64,000 nt of DNA from Candidatus Nealsonbacteria bacterium (lineage in GTDB: Bacteria; Patescibacteriota; Minisyncoccia; Minisyncoccales; DAOVPY01). The position numbers were made by a program, and so were the translations under genes. The stretch is from assembly GCA_030628945.1 (NCBI GenBank), contig DAOVPY010000002.1:23831-87830 (forward strand), given 5' to 3'. Below the pieces are notes generated by a model. It did not search any database. It worked only from the letters and a program-made list of their open reading frames with translations, and was not told where the DNA came from. Shown one piece after another: positions 28,196 through 36,378 of this stretch (positions are counted from its first letter, which is position 1; every line of letters starts with the position of its first letter).

Positions 28196-28539
28196 TTTAC
28201 CGCAACGGCTCCGTCTAAAATTTGAATGTAGGAAGGTTCTTTTACTTTTTCAAAATTCAAATTATTGACTAACTTTTCAATATTCTCCAACGAATTTATC
28301 TGGACAAAGTTCATTTCCAGACTTTGATTTTCTTGAAAAAGTCTATTTATCTTTTTGTTATAATTTTCAACTAAATAACTGCTTCCGGCCATTTCGTTAA
28401 TTTGAAAAACATAAAAACTCAAAAGTAAAATCAAACCGATAAGACCTAAAACCAAAACCGCAACAAAGCGAACTCGCGGAAATCTCATTATAAATAATTT
28501 ATTTTGAGAAATAGAATAGGTTAGAGTATTGGTAGTCAT
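28192..28539 (-). CDS. ftsL: FtsL-like cell-division protein
   Basis: 115 aa with a TM then a coiled coil. Positioned between rsmH and ftsI. Confidence 0.6.
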   Translation of the reverse strand: MTTNTLTYSISQNKLFIMRFPRVRFVAVLVLGLIGLILLLSFYVFQINEMAGSSYLVENYNKKINRLFQENQSLEMNFVQINSLENIEKLVNNLNFEKVKEPSYIQILDGAVAVK

Positions 28540-28566
28540 AAATAATATATCGAAATATCGAAATAT

Positions 28567-29463
28567 TTAGAACTTTATAACTGCTCGCAGTTTGGCTGAC
28601 CGCGAACGAGGATTTATTCTCACCTCCTCTTCTGATGGTTCGACTGGCTTTTTTGTTAAAATTCTTAACAAACCCTGCTTTGCTTGGTCCCGAAAAAAAT
28701 TCTTAACAATTCTGTCCTCGCCGGAATGGAAAGAAATCACTACGAGTCGTCCGCTCGGTTCTAAAATGTCCAATGCCTGCGGGAGAACAATCTTTAAATT
28801 CTCTAATTCCTGATTTACAGCGATTCTCAACGCCTGAAACGTCCGGGTAGCAAAATGGATTTTTCCGAACTTATATCGCTTCGGAAACGCTCTTCTGATA
28901 ATTTCTTTCAATTGAAAAGTGGTTTTAATCGGCTTTACTTTTCTTATCTCGCAAATTCTTTTAGCTATTCTTTTAGCAAACCTCTCCCCACCATACTCTC
29001 TTAAGATTTCTTCTATCTTTTCTTCTGACCAGGTATTTACAATTTTCTCTGCCGTTTCTTGATAATGGATTTTTAACGACCGTGAGAAATCTATTACATC
29101 GGAATATCGCATGTCTAATGGTTCATCTTTTTGAAAACTAAATCCCCTTTTACTCTCCTCAAGGTGCCACGATGACATTCCAAGGTCAAACAAGATTCCA
29201 TCTGGCTTAAAATTATATCTCTCAGTAATCTTCTTTAAATTTGCATAAGAATCATTAACAAGTATCAATCGATTTTTTAATTCTAAATTCTTGATTATCG
29301 TTGGGTCGCGGTCTATTCCCAAAACCTTTCCGCTCAAACCATTCTTTTCTAAAATTGCCATTGCGTGGCCTCCTTCGCCAATAGTACAATCAATAAAATT
29401 TTCATTCCATTGAGGATTTAAATACCTTAAAACCTCTTTTTTAAGAACCGGAATATGCTTCAA
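28567..29463 (-). CDS. rsmH: 16S rRNA m4C1402 methyltransferase
   Basis: HIPVLKKEVL, DCTIGEGGHA, GIDRDP, FDLGMSS, ISFHSGEDRIVK. Confidence 0.95.
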   Translation of the reverse strand: MKHIPVLKKEVLRYLNPQWNENFIDCTIGEGGHAMAILEKNGLSGKVLGIDRDPTIIKNLELKNRLILVNDSYANLKKITERYNFKPDGILFDLGMSSWHLEESKRGFSFQKDEPLDMRYSDVIDFSRSLKIHYQETAEKIVNTWSEEKIEEILREYGGERFAKRIAKRICEIRKVKPIKTTFQLKEIIRRAFPKRYKFGKIHFATRTFQALRIAVNQELENLKIVLPQALDILEPSGRLVVISFHSGEDRIVKNFFRDQAKQGLLRILTKKPVEPSEEEVRINPRSRSAKLRAVIKF

Positions 29464-29472
29464 AATTCAAGA

Positions 29473-29904
29473 TTATATGCCTAACTCTCCCAACTTAGCG
29501 GCAAAATCGCCTACTTCCTTTTCAGTTCTCTTTTTATAATTATCCCATTTTTGCGCGTCCCAAATTTCTAATCTGTTATAAAGACCGCAAATTACCGTAT
29601 TTTTCTTTAGATTGGCGTATTGTTTTAAATACTCTGGAATAAGAATTCTGCCTAATTTATCCAAATCCACGGCCATTGCTCCGGCTAACATAATTCTCGC
29701 AAAGCCCCGGGCTTCCAGCTGGCTGGCAGGCAGCTTGCCTAATTTATCAGACATCACTTGCCATGCTTTTAAGGAATAGACAACTAAACAATTATCCAAA
29801 CCCCTGGTAATTATTGCGGTTTTACCAAGTTCTTTTCGAAATTTAGCTGGAAGAGCCAATCTTTTTTTAGTATCAATAGTATGTCTGTATTCGCCTATGA
29901 ACAT
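29473..29904 (-). CDS. mraZ: transcriptional regulator MraZ
   Basis: Start moved to MFIGEYRHTIDTKKRLALPAKFR. A second SpoVT/AbrB-like half contains DKLGRILIP. Confidence 0.9.
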   Translation of the reverse strand: MFIGEYRHTIDTKKRLALPAKFRKELGKTAIITRGLDNCLVVYSLKAWQVMSDKLGKLPASQLEARGFARIMLAGAMAVDLDKLGRILIPEYLKQYANLKKNTVICGLYNRLEIWDAQKWDNYKKRTEKEVGDFAAKLGELGI

Positions 29905-29961
29905 GCTGAATGTAGTACGAACTTTGTGAGTTATCCACAAAATTCGAAGTTATTAACATAG

Positions 29962-30003
29962 TTTTCCACAATCTCCCACTACACTTTATCTATACTCCAC
30001 TTT
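29962..30003 (-). promoter_or_regulatory. candidate MraZ operator (GTGG-type boxes at helical spacing)
   Basis: The minus strand reads AAAGTGGAGTATAGATAAAGTGTAGTGGGAGATTGTGGAAAAC. GTGG words sit at offsets 0, 21 and 31, with GTGT at 16. The region is 60-100 nt upstream of mraZ. Confidence 0.45.
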
Positions 30004-30041
30004 ATATGCCTCGTCAACCCTTATTTTTCCACAGAATATCC

Positions 30042-30075
30042 ACAACCCCGCCTTTGTGTACAAAAGCGGGGTTGT
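30042..30075. repeat. long GC-rich hairpin
   Basis: acaaccccgc ... gcggggttgt, with an internally pairing loop (tttgt/acaaa). Confidence 0.7.
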
Positions 30076-30108
30076 GCCCCACTCTAAAAATAAAAATCCC
30101 CTAAACCA

Positions 30109-30150
30109 ATCCATTACAAACTAATCCGATCGGATTAGTTTGTAATGGAT
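30109..30150. repeat. perfect 42-bp palindrome
   Basis: atccattacaaactaatccga|tcggattagtttgtaatggat with no mismatches. Confidence 0.95.
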
Positions 30151-30164
30151 ATAAAAACAAAAAA

Positions 30165-30189
30165 CAAAATAAAAAGCGCCTACGGCGCC
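30165..30189 (-). terminator. rho-independent terminator of the 35394-30191 operon
   Basis: The minus strand reads GCGCC-GTA-GGCGC followed by TTTTTATTTTGTTTTTT, immediately after the stop at 30191. Confidence 0.75.
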
Positions 30190-30190
30190 T

Positions 30191-30412
30191 TTATTTATTT
30201 AGCTCAAAACATTCTAAAAGTTTTTCTGCTTCTTCTAATCTCAATACTCTGTATCTATCTCCGCCAGACTCTTTTATAGTTTTTATATCTTTTTGTAAAA
30301 CCCGTATAACTTCCTTAACTTTCATATCAGAAAGATATACCATTATTTTTGTCTTTTTCAAAATATGAAGAACCGCTCTAATTTCTTCCGCAGAAAGTAT
30401 TAATTCTGCCAT
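30191..30412 (-). CDS. hypothetical small protein (73 aa)
   Basis: Start moved to MAELILSAEEIRAV, preceded by an AGGAGG RBS. The longer track version overlaps the upstream ORF. Confidence 0.55.
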   Translation of the reverse strand: MAELILSAEEIRAVLHILKKTKIMVYLSDMKVKEVIRVLQKDIKTIKESGGDRYRVLRLEEAEKLLECFELNK

Positions 30413-30428
30413 TTTTCCTTTTGGCCTC

Positions 30429-30746
30429 CTATTTTCTATATTTCTCCAGACAGCTTTCAACCATTTCTTTCTCTGCCTCAACTTTTCCGTTGGGAAATCG
30501 TTTTGTGACTTCATTCATAAACATCTTTCCTTTTTCAATGTCCTCTGCCTTGGGCCCATCAAGACTAAAAAATCTTCGTCCTTTTTCTTTTTCCTTTATG
30601 GATACTATCACGTCCAAACACATAAAATCGCAGGCAAGTTGCCAGGCTTCTATTTGTTCCTGTTCGGACTGCCCCCAAGATTGTAATCCATTCAAAATAA
30701 CCTCCATTGCCACATCCTCCCGACATATATCCTTTCCTTTATTCAT
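30429..30746 (-). CDS. hypothetical small acidic protein (105 aa)
   Basis: AGGAGGG RBS upstream of MNKGKDICRE. Ends 17 nt before the 73-aa ORF. Confidence 0.55.
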   Translation of the reverse strand: MNKGKDICREDVAMEVILNGLQSWGQSEQEQIEAWQLACDFMCLDVIVSIKEKEKGRRFFSLDGPKAEDIEKGKMFMNEVTKRFPNGKVEAEKEMVESCLEKYRK

Positions 30747-30794
30747 TTTTACCCTCCTGTTGAATCTTACAACAAACTATCAAATTTGTCAAAT

Positions 30795-33344
30795 TTAGTT
30801 AATCTTCAATTTAAATTCTTTTGGCTCTATTTCCGCTCTATCCCCTCTTTTAAGTTCGTTGCTCAAAATGGCATGGGCTAAAACATTTTCCACTTTGTCC
30901 TGGATAACCCGGGCCAGATTTCTCGCGCCGAAAACCGGATTATAGCCCAATTCCACAATTTTTTCTTTTAAGGGCTGGGTGATTATAAAATCAATGCCCT
31001 TTTCTTTGAGATTTTTCTTTAATTTTTGAAACATCAATCCGGAAATGTCCAAAAGATTTTCTTTGCTCAAAGGTTGAAAAACAACCATTGCCGTAAACCG
31101 GTTAATAAATTCGGGACGGAAAATGGCTTTTTTGAATAAGTAATCCAGAAGTTTTTGTTTTACCAAAGACCATTCGCTTTTTTCTTTCAGGACTTGCAAA
31201 ATAATCTTATAGCCCGCGTTAGAAGTGGCAATAATAATAGTATTGGAAAAATCTACTTTTCTGCCATGACCGTCTGTAAGATGACCCTCGTCCAACACCT
31301 GCAAAAACAAATTCAGGATATTGGGATGGGCTTTTTCAATTTCGTCTAAAAGAACCAAGGAAAAAGGATTTTCCCTCACTTCAGTGGTCAAAAGGCCCTC
31401 TGCTTCCGAAGAGCCAATCAAACGGCTGATATCTTTCACTGCTTGAAATTCCGACATATCCAAACGGATCATTCGCGATTCTGCTTTAAAATAAATCTCG
31501 GCAAGGGCTTTGGCTGTTTCGGTTTTTCCAACCCCGGTAGGGCCTAAAAATAAAAAGCAGCCCATTGGTCCTTTTGCTTTACTCACTTCAGCCCTTGCCC
31601 TTCTTAAGGCGGCAGAAATTTCTTCCACCGCTTTATCCTGATTAATAAGCCGCTTGTGAATTAAATTTTCCAAGTTAAGGAGAATTTCTTTTTCTTTTTC
31701 TTCCATTTCGCCAACCGGAATTTCGGTCTTCTGGGCAATGAGCTTGGCTATATGTTTTGACAGAACTAATTTATCTTTGGTTGAATGGATAACATAAACC
31801 ACTGCTTCGTCCAATAAATCCATTGCTTTCTTGGGAAAAGGCGTGGCAGGCATATAACGTTTGGCAAAATAAAAAATATCCCTGATAGCCGGATAAGTTA
31901 TTAATAATTTGTATTTTGTTTCCAGACGCAGGGCTAAATTCTCTAACAATCTAATGGTGTCCTGTTGAGAAATCTCGGATGCCTCTACTTTTTCAAAAAG
32001 CGAAAGCAAAGAAGGATTTTTTTCAATATATTTATGAAAGCCGGCATAACTGGTGATAGCTATAATTTGAAATTGCGGCAATTTTAAGTATGGAGAAATA
32101 AGCCCTGAAATATCAATTGTCCCGGGTCGCGCGACGCTGCGCGCAAAATTATGAAATCCATCAATCACTAAAATAATATTCCCTGCTGAAACCACTTCTT
32201 GAAAAATTTTATCTAAAATAATCTCTGTTTCTTTCGCGTCTTCAATGTTGGAGATTAAAGACGGCAGATTCAGTTCAACCACTCTTTTATAATTTATCGG
32301 TTCCAAGCTAAGACCAAAAAAACTCTTCTGAGCCAATGCCCGGACAATGCTTTTGCGGCCGACTCCGGGCTCGCCAACCAATAAAACATTATTAAGTTTT
32401 GAACGGGATAATATTCTCTCAGCGGACTTTATTTCATTTTTATGGCCAATAATTTCTTCAAATCTTTCCTGCTTTATTATATCTCCCCAATCAAAAGAAT
32501 ATTGGTCCAGAGTTATGGTGTAGCCACTTGTCCACTCTTTTGCCAAACTTCCTCTCTTTAATAAATTTTTATATTCCCACCATTTTTTTCTCTCCGCGAT
32601 TCTCTTTTCCAGAGATTCCATCCACCAAACCAAATTCTCAATGTCTTGAACGTTAAGCTCGGTCCTAATTAAAATCCGCGCGAAAATCGGGTTGTGTTTA
32701 GCCAGCGCCGTTAAAACATCTCCTATTTCTATTCTTTGATGTTCCTTTTGAACGGCAAGTTTGAGCGCCTCTAAAATTGTTTTTTGAAAATCCTTTGAAA
32801 AAAATTGAGCGGAGGCCTGTCCTCCTCTATTTTGTTCAATCTCGATTTTTAAGATTTTTTTGAGCTCCCCTATATCCAAAATGGCTCGCGCGAAGATAAA
32901 ATTTAATTTCAAGTTATCTGTCAAAAGAAAATAAAACAAAATAGACGAGTTTAAAAAGACATTTTTCCTTTTAGCGAATTTCTCGGCGCGCCTTGCTGCT
33001 TTTGCCGCTTCAAAACCTAAAAACTCGGCTATGTTAAACCTTTTCGGTTCCAAAACAACGTCGGACATCTTAATCTTAAACCCGGGATTTTTTAATCGTA
33101 AATCAAAAAAAGCCCGCTTCCATGAACAGGCGATAAAAATAAGCAAAGAAATTATTGAAAGCCCGAGCAGAACCGACAAAATTTCAGGAGGAAATATTTC
33201 CAATAAAAAAGCAACTAAAAAAAAGAAGAAAAGAAGAACAGATATAATCTTAAAGAGTTTCTTGAAAAAACCAACCAATCTAAAGCTTGGCTCCCATTTC
33301 ACTGCTTGATAAATTTTTGTCTTTTTCAAATGAAAATTAAACAT
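30795..33344 (-). CDS. ClpB/ClpC-like double AAA+ protein with N-terminal TM helices and a degenerate first ATPase module
   Basis: D2 is canonical (GPTGVGKTETAKAL, LVLLDEIEKAHPNILN, GARNLARVIQ). D1 reads GEPGVGRKS and ILVIDGFHNF. The N-terminus has hydrophobic helices and then Clp_N-like repeats. Confidence 0.85.
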   Translation of the reverse strand: MFNFHLKKTKIYQAVKWEPSFRLVGFFKKLFKIISVLLFFFFLVAFLLEIFPPEILSVLLGLSIISLLIFIACSWKRAFFDLRLKNPGFKIKMSDVVLEPKRFNIAEFLGFEAAKAARRAEKFAKRKNVFLNSSILFYFLLTDNLKLNFIFARAILDIGELKKILKIEIEQNRGGQASAQFFSKDFQKTILEALKLAVQKEHQRIEIGDVLTALAKHNPIFARILIRTELNVQDIENLVWWMESLEKRIAERKKWWEYKNLLKRGSLAKEWTSGYTITLDQYSFDWGDIIKQERFEEIIGHKNEIKSAERILSRSKLNNVLLVGEPGVGRKSIVRALAQKSFFGLSLEPINYKRVVELNLPSLISNIEDAKETEIILDKIFQEVVSAGNIILVIDGFHNFARSVARPGTIDISGLISPYLKLPQFQIIAITSYAGFHKYIEKNPSLLSLFEKVEASEISQQDTIRLLENLALRLETKYKLLITYPAIRDIFYFAKRYMPATPFPKKAMDLLDEAVVYVIHSTKDKLVLSKHIAKLIAQKTEIPVGEMEEKEKEILLNLENLIHKRLINQDKAVEEISAALRRARAEVSKAKGPMGCFLFLGPTGVGKTETAKALAEIYFKAESRMIRLDMSEFQAVKDISRLIGSSEAEGLLTTEVRENPFSLVLLDEIEKAHPNILNLFLQVLDEGHLTDGHGRKVDFSNTIIIATSNAGYKIILQVLKEKSEWSLVKQKLLDYLFKKAIFRPEFINRFTAMVVFQPLSKENLLDISGLMFQKLKKNLKEKGIDFIITQPLKEKIVELGYNPVFGARNLARVIQDKVENVLAHAILSNELKRGDRAEIEPKEFKLKIN

Positions 33345-33347
33345 TTT

Positions 33348-33731
33348 TCAAAACATTATTTTGAAACCAAAGCCAAAACCAAAAATGAGCAATACGGGAA
33401 GGGCGAGCCAGGCCAAAAACACAACCATTCCCGCAATAATTATAAAAATCTCAAAAATCAATCCAAAAACTATCAATATGCTCCTTACAATCGCTCCCAA
33501 ACTGCGGGAAATAACGTTAAAACACCAAACCTCAAAATATCTCTTGAAATCAAATCCTCTACCGTAAAAATAGCGGTATCTCCGCCAATGAGAAAAAAAG
33601 GTCTTAAAAAGCAAAGGAAGAGAAAAATAATTCAGGTTAAATCTAAGAAAATTTCGCCAGGCCTCTAAAATCTCCTGCGGCATTTTCAAAAAATGCCATT
33701 CTAAAAATTGAATAAAAATGCTTTTCCCCAT
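33348..33731 (-). CDS. hypothetical membrane protein (127 aa)
   Basis: Aromatic/basic N-terminal half and two C-terminal TM helices. Its stop lies 3 nt from the ClpB-like start. Confidence 0.6.
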   Translation of the reverse strand: MGKSIFIQFLEWHFLKMPQEILEAWRNFLRFNLNYFSLPLLFKTFFSHWRRYRYFYGRGFDFKRYFEVWCFNVISRSLGAIVRSILIVFGLIFEIFIIIAGMVVFLAWLALPVLLIFGFGFGFKIMF

Positions 33732-33802
33732 TAAATATATTTTACCACAAAACCTAATAAAAATGAATTCCAGGAAATGAAAAAGTCCCCAACAAATGAG
33801 GA

Positions 33803-35020
33803 CTATTCTTCTTCTATTAAATCAAATAAAGACGGAACATTCTTGCCTTTCTCTTCCAATTTAGAAATTTTATTTTGCATTTCTATTTCTTTTTCTCTCT
33901 CTTTCACCAAATAAGCGTCCGAGCCCGCGTAAAACTTTTCTATTCTTTTTAACCGCGGCAGTTGAGAAAGAACAATGGTAACGCTTACCGAACCTCCTCC
34001 CGAAACAGGATAATATCCTCCCCTGATTTCGGCTTCGGGCGCGAATTTTTTCAGACGTTTCTCAATATCGCTAAGAATATTGGCATAAGTATCTTTCTCC
34101 GATGCCCGCAGAAGAAACAGAATTCTTCCTGCTTCCTTGCCCATCTCTTCCAAACTTGAATACTTGGAATAAAGAGACAACTCTGCTAACGCTTCTTCTA
34201 CAGCGGCTATGGCATAAGAAATCACATCGCTTTCTTCGGTAAAATCTTTTTTCTTGAGCCGGTCCCAAAAAGGTATTTTTGATTGTCCGGAGCCCATAAT
34301 TGTCCAGCCGTTCAAAGAAACAATAATATCGCTGGCATCTACTACCTTATTAATATGCTTTGTTTTCCTCTGCTCTCCCGCGTATAACAGGTCTATGAAG
34401 GGAAAAACTATTTCGTAATTGATTGCCTCCAGATTGCCTGATAAAGAAGCGTTTTTTTGGATATAAGCTTCATTATCCACTAAGAACACTGCGTCAGCCT
34501 CTTCGTAGGTTGCCTTAAGGCAGATGGCAGTATTATAGACCGCCCTTTCTTCGTTTTTTTCTTCGTATTCAAAAGGAAGAACTAACAGAGCGTAAATCGG
34601 CATATCCCTGCCGTAATTCTTTTTCATCTGTTTAACAATCACGGGTACCGAACCAGAGCCGGTGCCGCCGCTCGTGGCTCCAATCACTAAAACAGCGTCT
34701 GTTTTTCCGTAAAAACCTTTAATCTTTTCATTAATGACATCGGTTATCAAACCGAACTTGTCATGAGCAAGTTGAGCGCCTTTTTCATTGAGCTTGCCGG
34801 CTCCGGATCCTTTGCCCCTTTCATCGGTAAGTAAAATGCGAAATTCTTTAGATATGTTTTTCACCCCGTAAAGGTCAATTCGCGCCGTATTTATCGCCAA
34901 GGCGCCGGTGAGAATTTTTTCTTTTAAATGTCTCTTCCTTCTTATATCCTGCGCCGAATATACAAACTCGTCTGCAATCCTGTTTCCGCACTGTCCGCAT
35001 CCTATAACAAACAATTTCAT
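33803..35020 (-). CDS. tubulin/FtsZ-superfamily GTPase, CetZ-like
   Basis: MKLFVIGCGQCGNRIADEF, AINTARIDL, GKGSGAGKLNEKGA, GATSGGTGSGSVPVIV, FLVDNEA, VVDASDI, C-terminal NVPSLFDLIEEE. Confidence 0.8.
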   Translation of the reverse strand: MKLFVIGCGQCGNRIADEFVYSAQDIRRKRHLKEKILTGALAINTARIDLYGVKNISKEFRILLTDERGKGSGAGKLNEKGAQLAHDKFGLITDVINEKIKGFYGKTDAVLVIGATSGGTGSGSVPVIVKQMKKNYGRDMPIYALLVLPFEYEEKNEERAVYNTAICLKATYEEADAVFLVDNEAYIQKNASLSGNLEAINYEIVFPFIDLLYAGEQRKTKHINKVVDASDIIVSLNGWTIMGSGQSKIPFWDRLKKKDFTEESDVISYAIAAVEEALAELSLYSKYSSLEEMGKEAGRILFLLRASEKDTYANILSDIEKRLKKFAPEAEIRGGYYPVSGGGSVSVTIVLSQLPRLKRIEKFYAGSDAYLVKEREKEIEMQNKISKLEEKGKNVPSLFDLIEEE

Positions 35021-35043
35021 TTTTTTCGTCTCCTTTTTTTATT

Positions 35044-35394
35044 CTATCTATTGCAGAAAAAAGCAATAAGCAATAAAACTATTGCCACAAGAATAGCTAT
35101 AAATGTCCAATACCAAGCGTTAAATAAAACAGCTAAAACCACCCCGATAAATGTCATTGCTAAAGCGATTGCTTGAATAACAGAATTAAATAAATTAACC
35201 ATTACAAAACCGCGTAAAACGCCAAACATTGCAGCTACTACTCCCACGCCGACAATTACTAAAAATGTCCAATTTTGGCTGATAAAAACTGCTGCCGCTC
35301 CAACAACCATTAAAATCACGCCTAATCCTAAAAGAGTCGGAGTCAATATTTCGGTTCTCTCAAATCCTTGTCTTCTCATTTTGTTTTTCTTCAC
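35044..35394 (-). CDS. hypothetical 4-TM membrane protein (116 aa)
   Basis: Four hydrophobic helices. An AGGAG RBS for the next gene lies in the 23-nt gap. Confidence 0.6.
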   Translation of the reverse strand: MKKNKMRRQGFERTEILTPTLLGLGVILMVVGAAAVFISQNWTFLVIVGVGVVAAMFGVLRGFVMVNLFNSVIQAIALAMTFIGVVLAVLFNAWYWTFIAILVAIVLLLIAFFCNR

Positions 35395-35420
35395 CCCGTT
35401 AATTTTTCAACGAACCTCGG

Positions 35421-35494
<74 letters not shown>

Positions 35495-35533
35495 CTTATT
35501 TCCATACTAACATCTATCACCAAAAAAAGTAAA

Positions 35534-35560
35534 CCCCCACACCAAAATTTGGTGTGGGGG
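35534..35560 (-). terminator. perfect 13-bp-stem hairpin terminator
   Basis: cccccacaccaaa-a-tttggtgtggggg, with a T-run on the minus strand. Lies downstream of the stop at 35589. Confidence 0.8.
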
Positions 35561-35588
35561 TTCTAATATCTCTATATTTTATTCCTTT

Positions 35589-36269
35589 TTACTCTCCTTT
35601 CAGTTTCCGATGCAAATCCCGCAAAATCTCGCCTGCTATATCCTTTCCTCCAAGACCAAAAGCCAAACCAGCGCCTATAACTATCATCGCCACTAAACCG
35701 GTGAACATGGTATACATCAAAGCCGGAGCAATCTTAAGCTGAACCAATATAGCCAAAATAGCAAATATCCAAATTGACCACTTGACAATTATTCCAGCTA
35801 TATGACCATATCCTATTTTTGCTCCCTCTATACCGGCTCTTACTATTTTTTCCGTAATATCGGCAATAAGCACTGCTACAACAAAAATCAGAACCGCTAC
35901 TATTACGTTGGGAAGATAATTCAAAACATTTGTCAGGAAATCCGCAAACTGAACCAATCCTAAAATTTCTACTGCCGCTAAAAGAAAGACAACAAATAAA
36001 ACCCACTTAAAAATAGCTCCGATAAATCCGGCTACGTCAACTTTAATTTCAGCTTTCTCCAGGGCCTCTCTCCAGCCGGCTTTTTCCAGAAGTTGATTAA
36101 GTCGCGCTTTTTCAAGAATTTTAGCCGCTAATTTACCGACTCCTACGGCAATAAACCAACCCACAACGAGAATCACAATCGCCCCAACAAGATTTGGAAT
36201 AAAAGCCAAAAATCCCTGCCAGAGATTTTGGAGAGCTTCAAGGGTTACTGAATACCAATCTAAAACCAT
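35589..36269 (-). CDS. conserved-TM-helix repeat membrane protein (small mechanosensitive-channel-like)
   Basis: 226 aa. Repeated hydrophobic helix units separated by short amphipathic linkers. Family assignment is tentative. Confidence 0.5.
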   Translation of the reverse strand: MVLDWYSVTLEALQNLWQGFLAFIPNLVGAIVILVVGWFIAVGVGKLAAKILEKARLNQLLEKAGWREALEKAEIKVDVAGFIGAIFKWVLFVVFLLAAVEILGLVQFADFLTNVLNYLPNVIVAVLIFVVAVLIADITEKIVRAGIEGAKIGYGHIAGIIVKWSIWIFAILAILVQLKIAPALMYTMFTGLVAMIVIGAGLAFGLGGKDIAGEILRDLHRKLKGE

Positions 36270-36378
36270 AATTAATAATATGTTTATATGTTTAACAGTT
36301 ATTTTCGACCTTTATTGAAAGATTAAGTTATTATACCAGAAAATAAAAAAGTTCCCCTGTGGAAAACTTTTGAAACAA

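Noticed and set aside
30191-30746. Toxin-antitoxin interpretation of the two small ORFs
   Set aside because: I recognised no toxin or antitoxin motif. The pair is co-transcribed with the larger operon, so it is left as hypothetical.
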